NCBI RefSeq assembly: GCF_022701215.1
Contig: NZ_CP089976.1
Coordinates: forward strand, 1,500,001-1,532,000
Direction: 5' to 3'
Source: Moraxella nasovis
GTDB taxonomy: Bacteria > Pseudomonadota > Gammaproteobacteria > Pseudomonadales > Moraxellaceae
Length of the DNA: 32,000 bases
Shown: positions 1 through 8,187 of the stretch, piece by piece
Layout: every line of letters begins with the position of its first letter
How positions within the stretch are numbered: the first letter of the stretch is position 1
Program-made: the position numbers and the translations under genes
Notes under the pieces: model-generated
Told to the model about the DNA's origin: nothing
The model's input: the letters and a program-made list of their open reading frames with translations, nothing else
Database searches by the model: none

Positions 1-2
1 CT

Positions 3-134
3 CGTGGTGTGGTTGTCGATCATCGTGGTGCACCAAATGCGATGGCGACAGGTTCTGTGTTTGCTTGTAATGTCAAGCTATTAAAGCCGCTTATGCAGCT
101 TGTGATACCGACATGGGAAAACGCCTTAGGTTAA
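3..134 (+). CDS. 3' end of an unidentified CDS (partial, continues upstream of window)
   Basis: Frame 2 is open from the window edge to TAA at 132-134 (..VVVDHRGAPNAMATGSVFACNVKLLKPLMQLVIPTWENALG*). A hairpin plus T-run follows. Product not recognised. Confidence 0.4.
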   Translation, partial: RGVVVDHRGAPNAMATGSVFACNVKLLKPLMQLVIPTWENALG

Positions 135-164
135 ACCGCTGGCTATATTTGATTGATAATACAT

Positions 165-195
165 AAAAATCCGCTCCTATGTGAGCGGTTTTTTT
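165..195 (+). terminator. Rho-independent terminator (A-run on the other side, possibly bidirectional)
   Basis: ccgctc-ctatgt-gagcgg hairpin at 171-188, followed by ttttttt at 189-195. Confidence 0.6.
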
Positions 196-458
196 ATGCG
201 ATGGCTTATTTGTCAATCGTCATGATAAAGTGATGAAGTTTGTTGGTGTGCTTATTATTTAGCTGTATTTTGCATCATAAACGCTAAAGATGGTTTGGTG
301 TGTTTTCTCCTTAAAACATCAAATAAGAAACATCTGTTTACACTTTATTGGGAAAAATCCCAAAAATTTCTTGTGAACGATTGTTAACTTGGTTAAACTT
401 GACTACAAGTTAGGTAAGCGATAAGCGAACCCCACCAAGCCCATTTAAGGAGATTGCC

Positions 459-593
459 ATGACGAAGAAAACACACTTTGAGATGAATATATTATCCCAA
501 GGACAAGAAAAACCAATCACAAGCGAGATGATCGCTAAAGTACTAGAAAAGCTTGCCAAAGCCCATCGTCTGTCTTTATCAAAAGTTGCCTAA
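459..593 (+). CDS. Small hypothetical protein (44 aa)
   Basis: ATG at 459 is preceded by taaggag (SD). Translation is MTKKTHFEMNILSQGQEKPITSEMIAKVLEKLAKAHRLSLSKVA*. It is below the ORF-track cutoff and no family was recognised. Confidence 0.4.
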   Translation: MTKKTHFEMNILSQGQEKPITSEMIAKVLEKLAKAHRLSLSKVA

Positions 594-631
594 ATTAAAA
601 GTTGCCTAAGTTGTGATGGTCAAATGATACA

Positions 632-2044
632 TTAGTTGACCTGATTATGGTCTGATCTACTCATGGTTTGACTTAAATAGGCATTGTGAACCAAAGAGGT
701 GAGTTCTTGTATCTCTGTTTCAATAAAGTCTAACAGACCATCAATATTTGGCAAGACAGAATGACAAGCTGTAATGCCAAAATCAATCCTATCTTGGAAG
801 TTTGTAAACGTAATGTTTAGTGCTTGCCCATCAAATAACACAGAGGTAGGGTAGGCTTCTGTTAGCTTAGCCCCGTTTAGATATAGCGTTTCTTTAGGTC
901 CTGGGACGTTTGAGATGATTAGGTTGAATGCCTGTTTTCTAGGGAAAAGCCCTGTGGCTAAGTTAATTCCTGCCCAGCCGTATGCCACCGCACTATAGTT
1001 GATGGTTTGGGCTTGACTCATGCGTGAAAAACGTGCTTTACCCAAGCCAATGCTGTCTTTGATGATTTGGAGTCTGTCTTTTGGGTTTGATTTGTGCGTG
1101 CCAAGGTTGGCTAATAAAAAAGAGATTTGATTGCCAACAGCACTATCGTCAGCACGCAAGCTTATCGGTACAAAGGCGATGAGTGGCTTTTTGGGTAAGG
1201 CGTTTTGGGATAATAAATACCGTCTTAATGCACCCGAACAGATTGCTAATATAATATCATTGGTTGTCACATCGCAGGCTTTGGCGATTTTGACGATACC
1301 ATCTTTTGCAAAAGAGCGAACAAACAACTTGCGAGAGCCGTCAATGCGTTGATTAAGCATGGATTTTGGTGCATCAAAGGTGCTGATAAAGTAGGGGTTT
1401 TTGCGGTTTTTGGTGTCTTCTATAAGCTGTCTACATACAGGGACAATTGTGCCAAATTGCTCTTTGACAATCTGTAAAGCTGGCTTATGGATAGGTAAGA
1501 TGGCATCAATTTGGTTGCGGTAGCGAGTGGATAGACACCAAAATGGTGTATCCGACACCTGCGTTGGCGAATTAGACAGCGACATGGTGAGTAGTCGCAT
1601 GGCGGCAATACCATCTGCTAAAGCGTGATGAATTTTGATATAAATGCCAAATCTAGCAGGTAGTCCTTCTGCTAAAGGTGCAAGACCTTCAATGAAATGC
1701 ATTTCCCACAGGGGCTTTGACTTATCTAGCTTGCGTTCATGTTCAGATGAGATGTAGTTCATCAGTTCAATTTCGCCACTTGGCTTAGGCAGGGCGACAT
1801 GATAAAAGTGATGATCTATATCAAATTGATCATCTGTTTTCCAAAAGGCTAAGTGGCTAAGAACTTGGTTGAATGGAAATTTTGGCTGGCCGTTGCTTGA
1901 TCGGATATGGTCAATGAGAGTGCTTATAAAATCATCACCTGCATTAGCTGGTAATTCAAAAATGCAAAGCCCTGCCACGTGCATAGGCTGTTTACGACTT
2001 TCAAGCAATAAAAAAAGAGCATCAATGACATTTAAAACACGCAC
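632..2044 (-). CDS. Wax ester synthase / diacylglycerol acyltransferase (WS/DGAT family)
   Basis: 470-aa ORF with the HHxxxDG acyltransferase motif (KIHHALADGIAAM). Overall WS/DGAT-like layout, typical of Moraxellaceae. Confidence 0.85.
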   Translation of the reverse strand: MRVLNVIDALFLLLESRKQPMHVAGLCIFELPANAGDDFISTLIDHIRSSNGQPKFPFNQVLSHLAFWKTDDQFDIDHHFYHVALPKPSGEIELMNYISSEHERKLDKSKPLWEMHFIEGLAPLAEGLPARFGIYIKIHHALADGIAAMRLLTMSLSNSPTQVSDTPFWCLSTRYRNQIDAILPIHKPALQIVKEQFGTIVPVCRQLIEDTKNRKNPYFISTFDAPKSMLNQRIDGSRKLFVRSFAKDGIVKIAKACDVTTNDIILAICSGALRRYLLSQNALPKKPLIAFVPISLRADDSAVGNQISFLLANLGTHKSNPKDRLQIIKDSIGLGKARFSRMSQAQTINYSAVAYGWAGINLATGLFPRKQAFNLIISNVPGPKETLYLNGAKLTEAYPTSVLFDGQALNITFTNFQDRIDFGITACHSVLPNIDGLLDFIETEIQELTSLVHNAYLSQTMSRSDHNQVN

Positions 2045-2104
2045 AAAATTTCCTTAATATCGCCAATGAGATGGGAAGATGAATATATGATTTATACAAC
2101 CGTA

Positions 2105-2911
2105 TTACTGAAAAAAGTAGCCAGTTTGCGGTGAGCTTGCCACTGCCATTTTGCGTGTTGGCATTCGCCCTGCCAAGAATGCTTGACGACCTGCATGAAT
2201 GGCGTTTTTCATGGCGTGTGCCATCAAGACAGGGTTTTGGGCATGGGCGATGGCGGAGTTCATCAGTACGCCATCACAGCCTAACTCCATGGCGATGGTA
2301 GCGTCAGACGCTGTGCCGACACCTGCATCTACCAAGATGGGTACGTTGGCATTCTCAATGATTAAGCTTAATGTGTGGCGATTTAATAAACCCAATCCTG
2401 AACCAATGAGACTGCCTAGGGGCATGACTGCCACACAGCCCATGTCTTCTAGCTCTTTGGCGATGATGGGGTCATCTGAGGTATAGACCATCACATCAAA
2501 GCCATCGTCAATCAGCACACGAGCAGCAATCAAGGTTTCGCTCACGTTGGGGTAGAGTGTTTTTTCATCGCCCAAAACTTCAAGCTTTACCAAATTATGC
2601 CCATCTAATAATTCTCGTGCCAGCTGACAGGTGCGTATGGCACTATCGGCATCAAAACACCCAGCGGTATTAGGCAAAATGGTGTACTGCTTGGGCGAGA
2701 TGACATCTAATAAGTTAGGCTCGCCTTGATGTTGACCGATATTGGTACGGCGAATGGCGACAGTAACAATTTGACTGCCACTTGCTTTGATGGCTTCGCC
2801 TGTTTGGGAAAGATTTTGATATTTGCCTGTACCAACCAATAGGCGAGATGAAAAAGTGCGAGAACCTATGGTCAGCGTGTCATTTTGTAGGGGGTTGTCT
2901 GATGTGGTCAT
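2105..2911 (-). CDS. thiG: Thiazole synthase ThiG
   Basis: Strong ThiG-like sequence (LLVGTGKY.., [27 protein letters not shown]). Start placed at the internal ATG at 2911 (MTTSDNPL..), which gives a typical ~268 aa. Confidence 0.9.
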   Translation of the reverse strand: MTTSDNPLQNDTLTIGSRTFSSRLLVGTGKYQNLSQTGEAIKASGSQIVTVAIRRTNIGQHQGEPNLLDVISPKQYTILPNTAGCFDADSAIRTCQLARELLDGHNLVKLEVLGDEKTLYPNVSETLIAARVLIDDGFDVMVYTSDDPIIAKELEDMGCVAVMPLGSLIGSGLGLLNRHTLSLIIENANVPILVDAGVGTASDATIAMELGCDGVLMNSAIAHAQNPVLMAHAMKNAIHAGRQAFLAGRMPTRKMAVASSPQTGYFFQ

Positions 2912-3189
2912 GTAATTGCCCTTGTTGGCATAATGGACAGTAGATTTGTGATAGTATAGCAAATTTTGTCATAAAATTTTACTAAAATTTAGGATTTGTG
3001 TGGTGAAATAAAAATAAACGACGTGCTAGATTGGTCTTAAATCTTGCGTCATTTTTCTCAATATGTCAAGCTGATTATAGGTAAGATGTAGTTAAAACGA
3101 ATTTTTTGTCCTTAATTTTTTATCTTTAATAAAGATGAAAGTTTGTCTTATTATCAGGCTTTGGTGGTGTTTGGGGTGTGTTGTCGCCC

Positions 3190-3237
3190 TTGCCAAAATC
3201 TTGTCATGAATGGCTATCACAAATCTATATCAATCAT
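3190..3237 (-). pseudogene. Truncated doc (first ~16 codons, frameshifted)
   Basis: Aligns by eye with 12149-12196 (doc 5' end). It has a 1-nt deletion that creates a stop (MIDIDL*), and homology ends near 3190. Confidence 0.6.
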
Positions 3238-3368
3238 TTATCTGTTAATGCTTTAATCTTTTTTTTGTGGGTACTCATAACACGTTTGGCGGAATTTAAA
3301 ATTACTCGTTTTCCTGCTTCGCCTGTTAGGTGCATAATAACTGGTTTGGTGTTGGTGGGTTTGCTCAT
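3234..3368 (-). CDS. 44-aa putative antitoxin, second copy (orphan)
   Basis: Translation is MSKPTNTKPVIMHLTGEAGKRVILNSAKRVMSTHKKKIKALTDK*, about 90% identical to the 12193-12327 product. Its stop overlaps the ATG of the doc remnant (ATGA). Confidence 0.55.
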   Translation of the reverse strand: MSKPTNTKPVIMHLTGEAGKRVILNSAKRVMSTHKKKIKALTDK

Positions 3369-3386
3369 GGTGTTTTTCCTTGATTG

Positions 3387-3608
3387 TTAAGCTAAATCCG
3401 CCATTAGCTCGTCCAATGTATCAAATTTTACGCCTTTGCCGCTTGTTAATTCGTCTATCGCTTGGCGCGTCTCATCATTTGGTGTATAGGTAAATTGTAG
3501 GGCTTTTTCATAAGCACTATTTAGCACAAACTGCTCCACGCTCACGCTTTGGTGGTGGGCGATATGGGCGAAAATTTGGGCGATTTGCGGTGGCGAATCT
3601 AAAATCAT
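3387..3608 (-). CDS. RelB/DinJ-like antitoxin (73 aa), no cognate toxin in window
   Basis: The C-terminal TPNDETRQAIDELTSGKGVKFDTLDELMADLA resembles the DinJ/RelB C-terminal region. The N-terminus is compatible with a ribbon-helix-helix fold. Family assignment is from memory of these motifs. Confidence 0.5.
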   Translation of the reverse strand: MILDSPPQIAQIFAHIAHHQSVSVEQFVLNSAYEKALQFTYTPNDETRQAIDELTSGKGVKFDTLDELMADLA

Positions 3609-3644
3609 CTTGTGATCCTGTTAAATGCGTTCTTACCGCCTTAA

Positions 3645-3673
3645 ATTGTAGTAAACTAATAACCTAATGACAA
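3645..3673 (-). promoter_or_regulatory. Sigma70-like promoter of the remnant TA operon
   Basis: The minus strand reads TTGTCA-17 nt-TACAAT. The same arrangement is found at 12381-12409. Confidence 0.5.
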
Positions 3674-3789
3674 TAAAACCAATCTATGCCAAGCCATCGG
3701 CGGTTTAATGGCGTGGGAAATAAGGTGTCTTTATGATAAAGACGCCCATAAAAGACAGTTATACCAAAAGTGGTAACATAACAGGCAAG

Positions 3790-4049
3790 GGCGTGGGTGT
3801 CCTATCGACTCACGCCTTGCCATTTTGGCGGTTTCGCTTCCGTGCGTCTGCTAGGCTGATAAATGGATATTGTCCAAGGTTGGTATTTTGTTGTTTACTA
3901 AGATAGCGATAAGCAACTACTCATGATTGAACGCCTGTATATCTTACCCATAATTGCAAGTCGTTCATGTCGCTGTATTTGTCTGGGCGTGTGCGGGGTT
4001 ATTTGTCGGAGGGTTTTAGTTTTTTAATAGCGGTATCGGTTAAAGCCAT
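3790..4049 (-). pseudogene. Tyrosine integrase N-terminal fragment (frameshifted, truncated)
   Basis: The minus strand from ATG 4049 gives MALTDTAIKKLKPSDK*, then ..PDKYSDMNDLQLWVRYTGVQS.. and ..GQYPFISLADARKRN.. in other frames. These parallel MSLTDTALKRLKPSEK..PDKISDGNGLMVLIRHSGTKS..GKYPMISLAQARSEN of the intact integrase. Confidence 0.65.
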
Positions 4050-4147
4050 GAATGATAAGTTTTGGGCGTGCATTTGTTGGCACTATAATAAATGAACTAC
4101 AATACCAACAAAATTCATGGATTGCAATCCATCATCATGGATGCATA

Positions 4148-4229
4148 CAGACAACAAAACCGCCAAAACCCCATAAAACAAAAAGGTTGTCGGACAATGT
4201 CGGACAACCTTAGAGTAGAATATGGGGTG
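4148..4229 (+). repeat. 82-bp direct repeat (left copy), attL-side boundary of the main island
   Basis: 78/82 identical by eye to 16054-16135. It ends in tggggtg, which matches the last 7 nt of tRNA-His. A degenerate pseudo-tRNA 3' end continues to about 4245. It contains a copy of the hairpin terminator (4185-4209). Confidence 0.85.
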
Positions 4230-4296
4230 TAATGAACTTCACACATTTATTGTAAGTTATTGTATTTATTTAATATTTTATTTTAAATTTTTAATT

Positions 4297-4320
4297 ATAC
4301 CGTAAAATATACCGTAATTT
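4297..4320 (+). promoter_or_regulatory. Putative arm-type integrase binding sites (left arm)
   Basis: ATACCGTAA-aat-ATACCGTAA is the same 24-nt string as at 15996-16020 next to int. The function is inferred. Confidence 0.45.
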
Positions 4321-4762
4321 TACAAAGCAACCCCCATTTTTGATTAAATTTTAACCATTTTTAGCCCACTTCCTAACGATTGACAGCAGCCAATAAAAAG
4401 CGGTTATGGGTGTCAGATTTTCGCCTATTTGTGTAATTTTATGTAACTTTGTTTCAATGGATATTTTCGGAGAAAATTCCCAAACAAAAAATTTTTTTTA
4501 TGCGTGGGAAAAGGGGCGGTGTCCACTGGACGGGCTTTGTAATTTATCGCACACCCCCCGAACGGTGGGCGTGTTTTTTGTGGTGGGATTGGGCTTGATG
4601 GTGGGCGGTGCTTATGGATTGCCTGTTAATTGGTAAATGGGCTTGATATGGGGCGGGTGGTGGCATTCTAATGATAAAAGCCCCATCGTGTCGCCTTAAA
4701 TCTAGGTATTGCGTACTTTTCTATCATCACGCCATCAATGCACCGTATTACAACACTGCTAC

Positions 4763-5037
4763 AACATTAAAATAATTCAATTAATAATAAAACTTGATGA
4801 ATAAAATTTAATTTACCCTTTGTTTTTTTTATTTTTTTACCCTAAAAACCGTCCAAATTATCCAAATTATGAAAAAATACCCCTGTAAGCCTTACTACAT
4901 AAGGGCTTATAATTTGGATTTAAAATCCAAATGAAAACCAAATTATAAATATCTAAGCCAAATATTAAGCCCTTATCATCGTGCAAGCCTTTAATATCAA
5001 GGGGTTCATAATTTGGATAATGATTTTATAATTTGGA
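4763..5037 (+). repeat. Iteron-rich ~275-bp inverted repeat, left copy (IR-L)
   Basis: Reverse complement of 13514-13788, roughly 90-93% identical by eye. It holds 8 or more TCCAAAT/ATTTGGA heptamers and a perfect 21-nt palindrome, atttggatttaaaatccaaat, at 4914-4934. Confidence 0.85.
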
Positions 5038-5090
5038 TTGGTTGGATTGTTTGGGTAGTGTGTCAGCTGTGCCAAAGATTTAATGATGGG

Positions 5091-5330
5091 CAGGCGTGGG
5101 CGGTGGTTCACGCCTGCACTTTTGGCGGTGTTTTTTTTTGATATGGTGGATAGTAGGGCGGATTTGTTGCCATATTTGCCCCATTTTGGGGGTTTTTAGC
5201 GTGGTTTGGGGTTTAGGTGGTGTTATCCCCTTGCCAAATGCTAAAAGGGCTATTTGGGGTGTTTTAGGGCGTGAATAATGGGCAATAAAAAAACAAGGGG
5301 TATTTTGCCCCTTGTTATGGTGTGCTCGAT
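5091..5330 (+). repeat. Dispersed mosaic G/T-rich element, copy A
   Basis: Shares these modules with copies at 7857, 10640, 12490 and 14450: caggcgtg..cacgcctg hairpin, ttcacgcctgcacttttggcggtg box (5107-5130), gatttgttgccatatttgccccattttgggggtttttagcgtgg core, and a terminator. Confidence 0.8.
5286..5320 (-). terminator. Rho-independent terminator after the primase operon
   Basis: caagggg-tattttg-ccccttg hairpin at 5294-5314, with a T-run on the minus strand (A-run at 5286-5293 on plus). Identical hairpins lie at 10877-10897 and 13310-13330. Confidence 0.7.
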
Positions 5331-5341
5331 ATAGTTGGGAG

Positions 5342-7570
5342 TTAAGCGGTTAATAATATGGGGTTAAGTTCTATCACTCGTTTGGTGCGTCTATAACTTG
5401 GCATATCGACAAGGCAAACATAATTACCGTCGCTAAGTGTTTCTAAGGCGTTATCTAGCACCTGCACGGCTCGCAAATCTTTGGGTAGTGCTTGTTGTAG
5501 GCTTGAATAAAAAAACCTACCTACACCGTGATTGCTTGGCTTATAGGCGTTCTTGATAAGCCATTGTAATAATCGCTCTGCGTCTGTAATGTCGGTTACT
5601 ATCTCGCTATATCTGCGACGCTCCGCCATGGAATATTCAACGATTTTAATCGCCCCTAATATATCCGCTTCATCAATCGCACGACTACCCTTAAACCAAG
5701 CAAACAAGGTGGCAATGCGTGTGGCATTCTCTACCATGCGTGAAGCGTAAGCCTTGTAGTGTTCATTGATGCCGCCTTTGGTTTGGCTAACTTCTACCGC
5801 TTGCCAAAACTTTTCAGCGATAGCCAAGGCGGGGGCTTGCCATGCCATTTTTTTACGTTTTGCCCCTAGCTCTGGCAATGATAAAAAGTTATGGCATTTT
5901 TTCCAATAGGTTTGTAATGTGGGGTCATGCTCTGGGCTGTCTTTTATCAGCTGTCTTATACCCCTGTTATCAGGTGGAAAGGCAAATAAACAACGTGGTA
6001 ATAAGCCTTGATTGTTTAATTTAATGTCATTTAGGGCTGGTTTTAAGGCGACTTCTTGGGCGGATAAAAATAACGTCAAACGCACGTCATAGGCGGCTTG
6101 TGCGTTGCCATTGCTTATCGTGATACGTTCAGCTTTGCCGTGGCTGTATATGTCGCATAACGCACCAATAGAAGCCCCTGCCGTTTCTGATTTTAAACTT
6201 GCCCCTTCAAGTAAATTTGCCCCTTCGTCTATGGTGTAGCTGGCGTTTAAATAATTGCCATCGGTAAAGCCTTGCATGATTTTTTGAATTGAACCGCTCC
6301 CAAACATTGCCCTAGGGTCTTTGGGTAGGTGGTTTTGGTTTTTAAAGGCGGTCATCTCTTTTTTGGTTTTGCCCGCCATTTCATTTTCATAGCTTATTTT
6401 ATTTTCCATAAAGTCTTGATAGCTTTGTTTTTCATGGTCGTTAATGGCTTTGTGGGTAATTTTGATGGTTTGGGTTTTACCGCTCCCACTTTCGCCCTGT
6501 ACCATAAGATATAGGCTTGATGGGTTGTAGCCTTGGCTTAGGTAGGGTGCGTCTATGAACCCTTGTCCAATATGACTGATTGCACCTAGCACCCCAAAAC
6601 TCGCCATAGATAACGGCACTTGCCCATAATAGGCGGTGCGTTCTATTACATGGGCTAGGTCTTTTGGGAATGCGTCAAGTGGGAAAGGCGTTTCTACGTT
6701 TTTTACTTCATCAAATGGGATAAGCTCGCCCCATTTTTCGCTGTCTTTGGCGTTGTCGCCTGTGCTTGTGGTGGTGCTTTTGGCGGTCGTGCTGGCGTGA
6801 ATGCTGGTTAAATCATCGTTATTATTCACGCCTGCACTTTTGGCGTGATAGGCTTGTGCGTCCAAGCGTGGCAAGCCAAGGATTTTATCAATGATATGGC
6901 GGTCATCGTTGCCTTGTTGTCTTAAAATCTCTATATAATCAAATACATCAAAACCCTTTGGCATGATTTGGCTGGTGCTGGCGTGATACTCTTTGGCTAA
7001 TGTATCCACGTCTATCACGTCCACGCTTACACCCATCTCGTGTAGGCGTTGTGATAGCTCTGTTTGCCATTTGTCGCCCACATCGTCATAATCACGCCAT
7101 AACACCACATGACAGCCCATAAGGGGCGTTAAATCGGTGGTTTTTAGGCTCGTACTTGCTCCGCTTGTGGTGGCGGTTATGCCAAAGTTAGTTAATGCGT
7201 CTGCACATTTTTCGCCTTCCACAAAATACACCTTAGCAGGTTTTGGCATGGTGTTTTTATCCAGTAGGGGCAAATTATACAAAGGCTTTTTACCGTCTAT
7301 AAAGCGTGCTTTTGGTTCGCCCACATGAAAACCGCTGTTATCGTGATACATGGGCTTAATCCATTTATTGCCATCTTTGGCAAATCTAGGCTTAAAATAC
7401 AGTAAATGACCGTCTTTGTCGGTGTAGGCGTGAACGCCCCTAAAGTGGGCTTTTAGGTTAAAATTTAGCCCCTTAAACTGTCTATCACTTGCCATTAAAT
7501 GATTAAAAAGGGCTTGGATAAACTCAAAACTTAGTAAATCTTTCACACTAAGGCGGTTTTGCGTGTTCAT
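5342..7570 (-). CDS. Toprim-domain primase fused to a DUF3987-like P-loop NTPase (replicative primase/helicase of the island)
   Basis: The N-terminal Toprim signature is VYFVEGEKCADAL ... LWRDYDDVGD. A Thr/Ser/Asn-rich linker follows. The C-terminal Walker A is GESGSGKT, in a YfjI/DUF3987-like region. Confidence 0.8.
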   Translation of the reverse strand: MNTQNRLSVKDLLSFEFIQALFNHLMASDRQFKGLNFNLKAHFRGVHAYTDKDGHLLYFKPRFAKDGNKWIKPMYHDNSGFHVGEPKARFIDGKKPLYNLPLLDKNTMPKPAKVYFVEGEKCADALTNFGITATTSGASTSLKTTDLTPLMGCHVVLWRDYDDVGDKWQTELSQRLHEMGVSVDVIDVDTLAKEYHASTSQIMPKGFDVFDYIEILRQQGNDDRHIIDKILGLPRLDAQAYHAKSAGVNNNDDLTSIHASTTAKSTTTSTGDNAKDSEKWGELIPFDEVKNVETPFPLDAFPKDLAHVIERTAYYGQVPLSMASFGVLGAISHIGQGFIDAPYLSQGYNPSSLYLMVQGESGSGKTQTIKITHKAINDHEKQSYQDFMENKISYENEMAGKTKKEMTAFKNQNHLPKDPRAMFGSGSIQKIMQGFTDGNYLNASYTIDEGANLLEGASLKSETAGASIGALCDIYSHGKAERITISNGNAQAAYDVRLTLFLSAQEVALKPALNDIKLNNQGLLPRCLFAFPPDNRGIRQLIKDSPEHDPTLQTYWKKCHNFLSLPELGAKRKKMAWQAPALAIAEKFWQAVEVSQTKGGINEHYKAYASRMVENATRIATLFAWFKGSRAIDEADILGAIKIVEYSMAERRRYSEIVTDITDAERLLQWLIKNAYKPSNHGVGRFFYSSLQQALPKDLRAVQVLDNALETLSDGNYVCLVDMPSYRRTKRVIELNPILLTA

Positions 7571-7596
7571 TTGTCTTGTTTTCCTGTTATCTTATC

Positions 7597-8157
7597 TTAA
7601 ATATCTAAATTCAAATCACGGCAAGCGGTCAAAAAGTCGCAATTATGATAACGCTGGTAAAAATCAAGCACATCGCCACCACTCGCCCCACACCCAAAAC
7701 AAAAAAACGCCCCTGTTTGGCGGTTAATACTTAGGCTTGGTGTTTTGTCGCCATGAAATACGCATTTTACGTTAGTTTGATTGCCTTTTAGGGCAATGCC
7801 ATAACGTGCGTAAAAGCTCACTGGGTCGGGTTTATTGTCCGTGTTCATGCGTTTTTGTGGGCGGTTTTGGCTTGCATTGCTATAGGGCAAATGATAAGGC
7901 GGATTTGTCGCCATATTTGCCCCATTTTGGGGGTTTTTAGCGTGGTTTTGGGCGTGGGTGGTGTTACCCCCTTGATGGGGGTTAAACGTGCCATTTTGGG
8001 CGGTTTTGGCGGTCGTGCTGGCGTGAGTGTTGTTATTTGAACAGTTGTCCACGCCTGCACTATTTGCCCCATTTGTCGCCCTGTCGGTGGTGGGCTTTTG
8101 TGAACCAAACAAGCCTTGATTAAAAAATGATGGTCTTTTAAAGAATGAATGGCTCAC
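7597..8157 (-). CDS. CHC2 zinc-finger primase-like protein with a low-complexity N-terminal extension
   Basis: The C-terminal CVFHGDKTPSLSINRQTGAFFCFGCGASGGDVLDF is a DnaG-type CHC2 finger. GTG 8157 is preceded by the SD AAGGGGGT. An alternative start at ATG 7848 would give an 83-aa finger-only protein. Confidence 0.75.
   Translation of the reverse strand: MSHSFFKRPSFFNQGLFGSQKPTTDRATNGANSAGVDNCSNNNTHASTTAKTAQNGTFNPHQGGNTTHAQNHAKNPQNGANMATNPPYHLPYSNASQNRPQKRMNTDNKPDPVSFYARYGIALKGNQTNVKCVFHGDKTPSLSINRQTGAFFCFGCGASGGDVLDFYQRYHNCDFLTACRDLNLDI
7857..8075 (+). repeat. Dispersed mosaic element, copy E (lies inside the long form of the zinc-finger ORF)
   Basis: Shares ttgcattgctatagggcaaatgataaggcg.atttgtc.cc.tatttgccccattttggg with copy D, and ccccttgatgggggttaaacgtgccattttgggcg with copy C. 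Confidence 0.75.
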
Positions 8158-8187
8158 GTTACCCCCTTGTTGTGCTTGATGATTGGT

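Larger units (their letters stand above)
3150..4229 (-). mobile_element. Decayed tandem copy of the tRNA-His island family (remnant)
   Basis: Holds an integrase N-terminal pseudogene, a copy of the island's int-proximal end (4148-4229), a TA promoter, antitoxin gene copies and a 5' fragment of doc. The left limit is uncertain (3150-3190). A tggggtg core copy lies at 3172-3178. Confidence 0.55.

Noticed and set aside
2912-3150. Expected TPP riboswitch upstream of thiG.
   Set aside because: Read on the minus strand, the region is AT-rich. It lacks the conserved CUGAGA and ACCUGAUCUGGAUAAUGCCAGCG-type elements.
3178-3390. 70-aa and 71-aa plus-strand ORFs (3178-3390 and 12164-12379) conserved between the two island copies.
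   Set aside because: They are antisense shadows of the 44-aa antitoxin gene and the doc 5' end. Those minus-strand genes have an SD, an ATGA coupling and a promoter.
4406-4636. 76-aa ORF in the left non-coding arm of the island.
   Set aside because: It has no SD and lies in G/T-rich repeat-like sequence. It shows no similarity to anything I recognise and is opposite in orientation to almost all other island genes.
4869-4934. 19-aa ORF (MKKYPCKPYYIRAYNLDLKSK) present in both inverted-repeat copies.
   Set aside because: It has no SD. The differences between the copies are non-synonymous, and the ORF is made of the iteron and palindrome sequence itself.
5160-5225. G-quadruplex potential of the ggggg / gggg / gg tracts in the element core.
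   Set aside because: The tract lengths are uneven (5, 2, 4, 2, 2) and do not fit a canonical four-tract G3+ pattern. The short cccca-ttt-tgggg hairpin is a simpler reading.
5096-5278. Plus-strand ORFs lying inside the repeat-element copies (5096-5278, 7855-8040, 10648-10851, 12446-12652, 14373-14702). They share peptide strings such as HACTFGG..IWWIVGRICCHICPILGVFSVVWG.
   Set aside because: Indels between copies shift the frame; copy C, for example, reads GVFVAVFAPFWGF instead. No SD or consistent start is present. One copy lies antisense inside a well-supported CDS, and the composition is extreme (G/T-rich). The conservation is better explained at the DNA level.
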